Shown piece after piece: positions 50,768 through 64,000 of a DNA stretch of 64,000 bases. Origin of the DNA: the human T2T-CHM13v2.0 reference genome, Homo sapiens. The position numbers were made by a program, and so were the translations under genes. The notes under the pieces were generated by a model. It saw only the letters and a list, made by a program, of their open reading frames with translations, was not told the origin of the DNA and searched no databases. Position 1 is the first letter of the stretch. The number at the start of each line of letters is the position of its first letter. The stretch lies in the NCBI RefSeq assembly GCF_009914755.1, contig NC_060933.1. The stretch is one strand, 5' to 3'.

Positions 50768-52049
50768 TGACAAATAAGCCACATTGTTCTACATAATTTT
50801 TTGCTAATTTATTCTTCCACCAGCAACATATTTATGTTTCCTCACACCTGCACTAATAGTTATCTTTTAAATCTTTGCAATAAAATAAGTAAAAAATGGC
50901 ATCTTAACGTGGTTTTTACATTTGCATTTCCCTATGAGATTGAGTGTCCTGTATTTCTTTTTCTGTGATCTATTTACAGGATTTGTCTACTGGGTTATGA
51001 ATGCTGAGTGGTTTTTCTACTGTGTTATTCTTCTAGATCTGTAAGCACTTGAAATCTTGACTTGAAAGAAATATGAAACACATACCTGTCTTTGGTCTCA
51101 GGATGAGGGAGAAATCTATCTTTAGTCTCTGAACTACCACCTGCACTATTTGGCAGTCAACATTTTCTCCAATTTCCTCCATTTTCTTTTTAAAAATGAG
51201 TTCTCCTAGCTAAAAGAATCTTTTCATGAACTATAATTTACATTATTTATTTTATCTTAAGTGGAAAAAAAATGCTTCGTTAAAGCTCAGAGTATTTTTT
51301 TCCTAATGCCCAACTATATAAAAGAAAAAACGAATTCAACCAGTCAGTAGTGCATCAGTATCTTTTTGGAGTGTTTGTGTATATATATTAAAATGCAAAG
51401 ACATAACAGATTTTCCCCCACAAATCACTTCAAAGTCTTCTAAAATTGAATGGGCTAATGAAATTAAGATCTAAAAAATATAGTCCAGCAACTTTTAGAC
51501 TCAAAAAATGTGATTTTACATGTTAGCCTTCCTTCCAGATAGGATGCAAACTTAAGAATCTATATTTCCTTACCTACTATAAGCTTTACAGCACTGAATT
51601 CTTATATTTAAATTATTAGACATTCACTTGGAAAAATTTTTTTTTAAATTTCAATACATACAGGTCTGACCATCAATTAAGAAGAGTTATTACATTATGT
51701 TTATGTTCATACGTGAGAAAAAGGTTTAAACCCTAAGCTCATTCTTTAAATTAAAAACATATATATCATAAATTTCAATGAGCAACTGCTCACTAGAGTA
51801 GTGTTCAAATACTATTTAAAACAAAAACCAGAGGATACGAAAACAGCATTTCCTTAATTAACAAACAGACTCTATACAAAAGCAAGTCGATCTGTGGCTT
51901 CAAAGCTGCTTGTGCTTGCAAACTCAGGCATATTAAAAACTTGAAACATAGACAGATTGGAGAAACTGATATATGTGTTTCCTTAGGAAAAATATTTTAA
52001 TGACCACAAATATAGTTAATTTTACACATATTTCATTAAGTATATGATC

Positions 52050-52344
<295 letters not shown>

Positions 52345-52397
52345 AAGTATATGATCTTCTATAGGCAGTTCAATTAGAAAAGGCCTTCAGTGAAATT

Positions 52398-52400
<3 letters not shown>

Positions 52401-52450
<50 letters not shown>
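52401..52450. repeat. (AC)25 microsatellite
   Basis: Perfect dinucleotide run. Confidence 0.99.
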
Positions 52451-52453
<3 letters not shown>

Positions 52454-52627
52454 AAAAGGCTAGCTGACATAAATTTGTGTTAACTCCAGCCTGAGTATAA
52501 AGACATTAAATTCCCCATGTACTTACTGTGGCATAAACAGAGTCCTAGAAATTTACCTGAAAGACACAAAGTTGACCAGAATTTATCTAGAATCAACCTG
52601 GATTCTGAAGGGCTACAATTAATGACC

Positions 52628-52956
<329 letters not shown>

Positions 52957-53839
52957 TAATTTATTCTGACAAAGCTACGATTTTAATATTGATGCAGCCT
53001 TTACTGTGTTTTATTAGGTTTCCTGTTTAGGTTTTTTTGATAGCTCACCTTATCTACTATAAGGAAATCAATCTAAATCAAGTAAGTAAAACAAATAACA
53101 TAGGAAGAAATGTAACAAAAAACAGTGTAATAGATATTACATTTCAGTGTACTTCATTTAAAGTTCATATATACCTATCCACTTTTATAACAATTACTTT
53201 CAGGAAAGGAAACTGGGTAACTGAGGAACAGTTATGAGGAACAGTTATGGAAAGGAGACTATATATCCCTTGAAACCTTTTAAGTTTTAAATCCTGCAAA
53301 ATGTTTTAGTTATTCAGAACGGTTTTAAATTATTTTTATTTAAAAAATAACCTATTAGTACCATTTAGAGTTAACTCATCCTTTCCTCACCAGTTTACAT
53401 TTTGTCAAGTAATAATAACAACGGAAAAGGAACAGTGTGTGCTAGTTCACTAATTATCTTATAATTATCTAATAATGCCATGCCTTTTTAGTATTGCTGA
53501 CACTGTTATACTAATTAATGGTATCATACATGATTCTATAATCACTGAGTATAAACAAAGTCATGTTTTAAGTGCCAGAAATGATGTTGATATAAACATT
53601 TCACATTCAGCCTCCAACATTCACTCAAACTTTGGTACATTTCTATTAAAAGCCTTATCAATTAAAACCTACAGATATTTTGAATTTTGAGGTATACCTG
53701 GACTTTATAGAAAGTATTAAACTTGTATCTATTACTTTATAAAGCAGGGCACTGAATATATTGAGAGAGAATACCAGCTAGAAACTTTAAGAATATAACA
53801 TCTTTTTGGAAACAACAATGTTTATTTAAACAATTATTT

Positions 53840-55790
<1,951 letters not shown>

Positions 55791-56691
55791 AAAAAGTTTT
55801 TTCTTTTTAACTTTAGAGGTAAGTCTTTGCAATGTTGCCCAGGCTGGGGTGCAGTGGCTATTACTAGAGGTGCAATCACAGCACACAGCACACTACACCC
55901 CTGAACTCCTGGGCTCAAGCAGTCCTCCTGACTCAGGGACTACTGGTGTTTGCCACCATGCCCAACCCAAGTATTTTTTTTTTCTTTTCGGTGTAAGTAA
56001 GTAACCCATACCAAGTATTTCTTAATGTTGCAAAGATATTCCTACTACTCTGATGCAGGAAAAATATTAAAATCATCAAACATAAAATAAAAGGTGAGAA
56101 GCATATGAAACTTCAGAAAGCAGTAATATTCCTATATTGCCATATTTCTAGATGCAAGGCTTATGGACAAATAAGTGATTAGTAGAAGCAGCTAATACAT
56201 GCAAATATATTACAAATTAAAATCACTTAAATGATTCAGTCAGCACCACCCTTCTCCCCACCCCCCAGCCCACTAGTGGCCTAATAAGACTAAGGAGAAA
56301 TGATTTTTTTCTGGTCATTAATATTACTTTATTGTCTACTATTCCTTTACATACAATGCCTGGCATTCAATAAAAAAAATTAAGAAACATGCAAAGAAGC
56401 AAGAAAATGTGGAACTTATTGTTATAAGGAAGCCTTCAAGAAAACAGTCGCACAAACAGAATGTAAGAATCATTAGGTAGGGATTTTAAAATAACCATGA
56501 AAAGTACGTTAAAGCACGTAGTGCAAAAGGTAGATCATGTATACAAAGAGATAGGGAATTTGGGTACAGACAGAGTATATGTGTAGGGGTGTGCATGTAT
56601 ATGTAAGTGCTAGAAATTTTTTAAAAAATCAAAAAATGAGTATAAGAGATAAAAAAAACTCTTTCTCTCTTATAAAAAAAGGAAGAAATTC

Positions 56692-56996
<305 letters not shown>

Positions 56997-57839
56997 AAGA
57001 ACTCTTTCAAAGGACTTATCAGCAGATTAGCATAGTAAATAATCAGTGAAGTTGAAGTTAGGTTAACAGAAATTATCCAAACTCTACTATAAAGGGCTGG
57101 GAGGAGAAGGAGTGGGTAGAGTCATGTGAAACCTAAGAGACGACATGAAATGGTTTGATACTTAACATACATGTAACTGGAATACCAGAAGAGAAAGAAG
57201 TAGAGGAAATGATAGAGAAATAATGTGAAGAGACATAGCAAAGAATTTCTGAATTGATGATATAGATCTACCTAAACCCCAAGACATTAGCAAATCTTAA
57301 CCAAGATAAATACAAAGGAAACCACATTTAAGACACCTCACAGTCAAACTGCTAAATAATAAAGGTGGAGGCAGGGTGGGGAGAATGGTGGGGAGAATGG
57401 TGGGGAGAATGGGGAGTAACTGCTTAATGGGTATGAGGTTTTATTCTGGGTTGATGAAATGTTTTGGATCTACACAGTGGTGACAGATGTACAATACTGT
57501 GAAGTACTGAATGTCCCTGAATTATTTAAAATGATTACTTTTGTTATATGCAATTCACCTCAATAAAAAACTGAGGGCAAAAGACATAAATATATAATTC
57601 TCAAAAAAAAAAACATGTAACATGACCCTTTAACATATGAAGATGTTCAGTTTCACTCATCATAAGAGAAATGCAAATTAAGACTATGCCAACATATAAT
57701 TTCCCACCCATCAGGTTGGCAAAAGGTCAAAGGCTTAAAACTACAGTATTTGTCAGGGCTGTGCATAAACAGGCACTTTGATACACTGCCAGTAGACAGA
57801 CAAAACAGTGCAACCCTTATAGAAGAACATAGTAATGAC

Positions 57840-58640
57840 TGTGGCAGACAGACCCTGTAGTGGTGCTCCCACGCTCCCTACCTCCTGGTCCCCATGTCTT
57901 GTTTCTACCCAACAGAATATGGCAAAGGTGATGAGATGTCCCTCCTGTGATTGTCATTATTATTATTATTATTGAGACAGGGTCTTGCTCTGTTGCCCAG
58001 GCTGGAATGCAGTAATCTTATCACTGCAACTTTGAATTCCTGGGCTCAAATGATCCCCTTGCCAGGCATCCACCTCCAGAGTAGCCAGGACTATACAAGT
58101 GCATGCCACCTCACCTAATATTCAAATTTTTAGTAGAGATGAGGTCTCACTACATTGCCCAAGTTGGTCTTGAATTCCTGGCCTCAAGTGATTCTCCCAT
58201 CTCAGTCTCTCAAAGTACTGGGATTATAGACATGAGCCTTGACACCCAGCTCTGTGACTGTTCAACACTGTAAGACGGTTGACAGCTTGCTTGATCTAGA
58301 CACCCTCCTTGCTGGCTTGATGAAGTGGTCCTTTTGGGAAAGACAAGGAACTGTGGGTTGCCTCTAGGAGATGAGGCAGGCTTCCAACTGACAAACAGAG
58401 AGCAGCTAAGACCCTCAGTCCTACAGCCACAGTGAAAACAATTCTGCCTCACTACTACAACTGCAATTAAACAAAATGAAATATGAGTGACAGATTCTTC
58501 CCCAGTCAAGTCTCCAGGTGAAAACACAGCCCGGCAGACACGTGGATTGCTGCCTTGTAAGCTCCTACACAGAAGAACCAGTTAAGCCAAGCCCAGACTC
58601 CTGACCCATAGCAACTGAAATCAATGTGTTATGCAGCAAT
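57840..58640 (+). mobile_element. MLT1 (E/F-like) LTR with inserted AluJ (~57955-58250,-)
   Basis: TGTGGCAGACAGAC...CCCTCAGTCCTACAGCCAC...CCCAGACTCCTGACCCA. Confidence 0.75.
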
Positions 58641-58861
58641 CCCACTTCTAAGAATTTAAATTAAAGATACTCTCCTGCACACATACCCGATGAAAGGAAC
58701 TGAGATTTTTCTGCTAGCAAATGTGAGCTTCAAGGTCTTGATGCCAAACACTATATATCCTTGACCATTTGAGATGTGACTGAATATCACTTATATCTGA
58801 GCTCTGAATGTACATTAATATGTTGGGTCAGTTAAGAGCCCAGGTACTGAGGGTCTTCAAG

Positions 58862-59166
58862 TTTTTGGTTTTTTTTTTTTTTTTTTCTTTGAGATAGCCT
58901 TGCTCTACTGGCCAGGCTGGAGTTCAGTGGCATGATCTTGACTCACTGCAACCTCTGCCTCCCAGGTTCAAACAATTCTCCTGCCTCAGACTCCTGAGTA
59001 GCTAGAATTACAGGTGTGCACCACCATGCCCAGCTAATTTTTGTATTTTTAGTAGAGACGGGGTTTCGCCATGTTAGCCAGGCTGATCTCGAACTCTTGA
59101 CCTCAAGTGATCCATCCGGCTCAGCCTAAGTGCTGGGATTACAGGCGTGAGCCACCACACCTGGAC
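58862..59166 (-). mobile_element. AluS
   Basis: TSD GGTCTTCAAGTTTT. Confidence 0.94.
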
Positions 59167-59320
59167 AGGTCTTCAAGTTTTAAGAATTTTTTAAAAATTT
59201 GAGCTCCATTTTTCTTCAGAATGATCCATGCCCAAATACAGAACTATGTTGACAGTGGGTTACAGAGTTTGCACGGCAAAGTTCAAGTTGTTACACTGTG
59301 TTTTTAAAAAATCTTATCTA

Positions 59321-59560
<240 letters not shown>

Positions 59561-60305
59561 TTATCAGAACCAGGAAGATAAATTCTTCAGAGCTATTTCA
59601 ACTGATACTTCTTTTCCTCAAAACTTGGTGGACTGTCGGGGAAAGGGCCCCACAATTTTTTGTCTTTGATATTAGCTCCAATTCTCATAAGTATATACAG
59701 GCCCTATAATTGCAGCAGAAAAAGATGCATGATGGAAAATCTCCATAACCCATGCACGGAGACCTGAAAAATCATCCTTACTGGGTATAATTTATTATGG
59801 TGCAATTAAGTGCCAACTGATATTTCTCACCATGGACTGGTCAGGAACTGCTGCAAAGAAAAATAAACAGATCCTTCTGCATTATTTATATTCTAAAATG
59901 TGGTAAGGGGAAATCAGGAGAAATTTCTTCTGAAATTATATTATGGATTTTTTAAAAGATTATCAAATAAAGTTATTTTTAAATAAAAATTAAAGTTATA
60001 CCTCCAATAATATAAAAATACATATGCATAAAGTTATTAATTTTAGCATTATGTATAATTGCTAGATACTGCCAACTACCTAAATAACCTAACGTAGGAG
60101 AAAGTTGGTTGAATAAACTATGATACATCCAAATAACAGAGTAATCTTCAGCTGGGAAAAAAAAAAATGACTGAAGATCTCTGTGAAATGACAGCATAGC
60201 TATTTCCAGGATACACTAAGTGAAAAAAGCAAGGTACAGAATACATGTATGCTATATTATCTTTTGTGGATGACCAAAGAGGGTAATTATAAAGAAAAAC
60301 AAAAA

Positions 60306-60590
60306 GGCCAGGCACAGTGGTTTATGCCTGTAATCCCAATATTTTGGGAGGCAGAGGCAGGAGGATCACTTGAGGCCGGGAGTTCAAGACCAGCCTGTTC
60401 AACATAGCAAGACCCCTGCCTCTACAAAAAATACTAAAAAATTAGCTGGGAGGCTGAGGTGGGAGGAGTACTTGAGCCCAGGAGTTTAAGGCTACAGTGA
60501 GCTACGATAACACCACTGCACTACAGCCTGGATGACAGAGCAACACTTTGTGTCAAAAAAAAGAGAGAGAGAGAGAAAAAAAAAAAAACC
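60306..60590 (+). mobile_element. AluJ with internal deletion
   Basis: Diverged dimer. Confidence 0.88.
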
Positions 60591-61280
60591 ACATCCACTT
60601 ACTTAAAAAAAAAAAAAAAAAAACCCCAAGAATAAAAGGATGAATAAACAAGATGCCAATGATACTGATTATCCAAATGGGGTATAGAATAAAGGGAGGG
60701 AATAAAACACCAGGAGGCTGAAGATTAAAGGGAGAGCTAATTTGGGTAAACTGCAAAGAATAAATTCACTATACAACCTTAGTCTAAGGGAAAAATAACT
60801 ATTAGCAAATCCCGAACTCCTTTTAGTAGGTTTCTTTTTCACAGAGGTATGGATGAAGCAATTCTGAAACCATTCTGTGTGTACTGTAGACAACTGGGCG
60901 AATAAGTAAACGTATTGATGTTGTTGGAAGTGAGGTAAACAGATACAGAAAAGAGGGAAAACCAAGGATAACCCTATAGAGTTGGGACTGGAATTAAGAG
61001 TTATCAGTATGAACCACAGTAAATTATGAAACTTGAATATAGACTGTAAATTACCTAACAGTATTCAGGGTTAAATTTTCTCAATGGTTTCAGACACACA
61101 CATACATAATGCAAGGGAAAGAGGGAGGGAGGGAAGAAGGAAGAGGAAACAATAAAAGCAAATGTGGCAAAATGTTAAAAACTGGTGAATTCAAGTAAAA
61201 AGTATAAGTGAATTCAGGAGGTCTCCATATAATTCATGCAATTTATCTGTAATTTTAAAGTTATTTCAAAATAGTTAAAA

Positions 61281-61456
61281 TAGCCAGGCATAGTGGTAGG
61301 TGTCTGTAATCCCAGCTACTCGGGAGGCTGAGGAACAAGAATCACTTGAGCCCAGGAGGCGGAGGTTGCAGTAAGCAGCGCCACTGCACCCCAGCCTGGG
61401 CAACAGAGTGAAAAATAAAAATAATAAATAAATAAATAATAATCAATAAAATAAAA
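61281..61456 (+). mobile_element. Alu right arm
   Basis: Right monomer plus (TAAA)n tail. Confidence 0.88.
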
Positions 61457-61644
61457 TGTCCTAACAAAAAATAAAGAGAGAGAAGAGACACATATGTATT
61501 GAAATTTCTGAAAGCAAATACTCAAACGTAAAGTTGTCAATCAATACGGAGGCAAAGGAGAGGAGGAAAAGGAGCCTCTCTAAAAGATCTTTAAATAAGA
61601 CTGAATTCCATCCAATAGCTTTCGTTAAATATATACCCCTAAAT

Positions 61645-62486
61645 CAGGGGTTCCTAACCTGGGACAGAGGTTAGGTGGATTAAATTCTATCCATCAAGAG
61701 GTCTGTGGATAGAATTCACTGAGTCTCTGAAGGGAATGGGAAAAAATTACATTTTAATTTCAGAAACTGATTTTTTCCCCTCAATTACGGATGCAGGCAA
61801 CAAACAATAGTTTTAGCAATACCTATGACTTTATCACGAAGAGAAATCACACATATTTTCACTTCACATTAGCTGAAGTTCTCAAAACAGTGTATATCCC
61901 ATTCAGCATTTTCATAATACATTTCATAATTATACTTGCAGCTAAATTGTATTTAAAGTGATATATGATTTAAAAAAACATGCATCACAAATTTACTTTT
62001 TAAATATTTTGATAACTGTATTTCAAAATCAGTTTTCTTTGTAATCATATGCACTTAAATTTATTCACTTAAAATTGTTATTCTGGGCCAGGTGAGGTAG
62101 CTCACACCTGTAATCCCAGCACTTTGGGAGGAAGACACAGGCGGATCACTTGAGGTCAGGAGTTCGAGACCAGCCTGGCCAACATGGTGAGCCCATGTCT
62201 CTACCAAAAACACAAAAATTAGCCAGGCGTGGTGGTGTAAGCCTGCAGTCCCAGCTACTTCGGAGTCTGAGGCATGAGAATCACTTGAACCCAGGAGGCA
62301 GAGGTCGCAGTGAACCAAGACCACACCACTGCACTCCAGCCTGGTCAAGAGAGTGAGACTGTCTCAAAAAAAAAAAATAAATAAATAAATAAATAAATAA
62401 AATAAAAAAAAAATTATTCTGAAAAGCAGACCATGGGCTTCAGACTGAACAATGGTTCCAAGGCATAAAAAAGTTAAGAATCTCTG
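61645..62486. mobile_element. hAT-Charlie-type DNA transposon with inserted AluS (62086-62412,+)
   Basis: TIR-like ends CAGGGGTTCCTAACCT / AAGTTAAGAATCTCTG. Confidence 0.65.
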
Positions 62487-62850
62487 CTTGCTCAGAGGTA
62501 CAGATCCCTCACTTGTTTACAACTATGTCATAATGAGGGGAATTAAAAGTTTAGTTTTTTTGCTTTGCCATAAAGCAAATTATAAAAAGATACACATCAT
62601 TGATAATTTTCGACCTAACCTTATTATTTAATTTCTAAGTAATTTCCCCTAAGCACCAGCATAAAAATTATTCAAAATAACAACTGTAATCTCACACAGA
62701 GCATCCAATAACAAATGTTAACACTTACACATGTAAAACATACAGGCACACAGCAACTATAACAATGAAGCGAGACTGTGAAACATTTTATCAAGAAACT
62801 CAAGTGTTCATACACTTTAAAAACTTGGTTAAAAATGAGGTACTATTTAC

Positions 62851-63014
62851 CATCTCTCTTTTGGAAAATTTTTTAAAATTTCTTTAATGATTGGCTGGTA
62901 ACAGGCATCCCTTTCTGCTTTCCCAGTTTCACTCCAGTCTCTCACAAACTGTTTCAGCGTGGATTTTAACTTATCCATGTCAAATGTAGATGCTGGCATA
63001 ATCTTTCCATTCCC
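62851..63014 (-). CDS. CARNMT1: CARNMT1 coding exon (probably exon 3), 164 nt
   Basis: ttttaaacAG|GGG...; [54 protein letters not shown](W); donor GTAAAT, phase 2. Contains the RDWS motif of the N2227/CARNMT1 family. Confidence 0.96.
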
Positions 63015-63091
63015 CTGTTTAAAAAACAGACATCAATTAGCTTCTGAGAGAGTAATCCACTTATATTATGGTTAAATAGACATGCTACTAA

Positions 63092-63435
63092 GGGGCTATA
63101 TAGGTGGTTTAGTGGATAAATCACTAGCCTCTCACCTCAACTGGGGTTCAAGTGCAGCTTGAGATCCTAAATGAAAAGAGTTTGGTGGTCTCACTGCTAC
63201 CCTCAAAAGATTAAGGTCCATTAATCATAAAACCACCATATAATTAAGCAGTCTTTACTCAGGAGAGGACCAAACTGAGCTGCTATGGAGACCGAACATC
63301 CTCTCTAAGAGAGGGAAGAAAGTCCCTCCAGGTCATTGATGGGGCAGCATGGAGAGGCTCACACTGGAGTGGCCCAACTGTATCCATCCTGTGGATACAA
63401 AAAGAGGACTTCAGTTTCTATGTACTGCCAGTCCC
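63092..63435 (+). mobile_element. LF-SINE (LFSINE_Vert) relic, antisense to CARNMT1
   Basis: tRNA-like head with A box TGGTTTAGTGG (63105-63115) and B box GGTTCAAGTGC (63145-63155). Collinear blocks resemble the LF-SINE consensus as recalled: ACTAGCCTCTCACCTC, GAGTTTGGTGGTCTCA, ATGGAGACCGAAC, GTCCCTCCAGGTCA, CTGTGGATA...AGAGGACTTCAGT. Confidence 0.85.
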
Positions 63436-63835
63436 TTGAGATTTATAAGTGAAAACAATTTCTTACAATAAAAGATGAACAGCAATAGATACAAGACACT
63501 GAAAAAATATGAGTTAAGCAAGGGAAATTAATTTCTAGCTAGTAAAGTTGCTTTTAAAAATTTAAGTCACTAACCCTGTATTCCAAAACAGAACATTATG
63601 TCAAAATGCATCAAAATCTCAACAGTTATATTAGTACTTAAAAAAGGAAAACAAGTGAACAGATCCAGTCTCTGGCTATTAAGCCTAATCAAATGACTGA
63701 ACATTTAAGTTAAAACTTTCTGAGTAGAGCAAATAGCCTGTGCCAGATTATAAAAATGAAATCCAGAAAATAAAAGACCTCAAAATACAGAGGTTGACCC
63801 TAAAATAAACAGAAATAGAACAAACTTTCACATAC

Positions 63836-64000
63836 ATCTTCTCCATATTCTTTATTTTCAAACATATGTATGCAATCATTCACAATGGTCAGTAGTATTT
63901 CTTGATTATGATCAATGCATTTCCGGATCTTGTCCAAGTGAAGAAGAAACTGAGGAAGTAGTTTCTGTTGGTTAGCTGGAAGTGATCGAAACTGTCTTTC
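63836..64000 (-). CDS. CARNMT1: CARNMT1 coding exon (probably exon 2; 5' part outside the window)
   Basis: Minus strand reads [55 protein letters not shown], then donor GTATGT (phase 0). Recognised as CARNMT1 peptide. Confidence 0.95.

Noticed and set aside
63092-63165. tRNA gene (A and B boxes)
   Set aside because: No complete cloverleaf, and the sequence continues into an LF-SINE-like body, so it is the SINE head.

Overview
Primate (almost certainly human) genomic DNA, about two-thirds interspersed repeats. The right half holds most of CARNMT1 (C9orf41, carnosine/protein-histidine N1-methyltransferase) on the minus strand. Seven coding exons are visible, the first cut by the window edge. 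They splice in phase at GT-AG boundaries into 322 codons plus a stop, followed by a ~3 kb 3'UTR. The left ~27 kb contains no protein-coding gene. It is a nested retroelement stack: an old L1M hosts a near full-length L1MA, which hosts L1PB, L1PA and Alu insertions. Tigger1, Ricksha and ERVL/MaLR relics are also present. Three observations stand out. (1) An ancient LF-SINE lies antisense in the short CARNMT1 intron at ~63.1-63.4 kb and supplies a good acceptor/donor pair and an in-frame stop, making it a candidate poison exon. (2) An L1PA copy carries a ~200 bp 3' transduction. (3) An Alu + AT-repeat + mRNA-3'UTR chimeric retro-insertion sits under a single target-site duplication (TSD). Several small templated insertions are also visible. 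Repeat subfamily names are from recalled consensus sequences and need RepeatMasker/Dfam confirmation.
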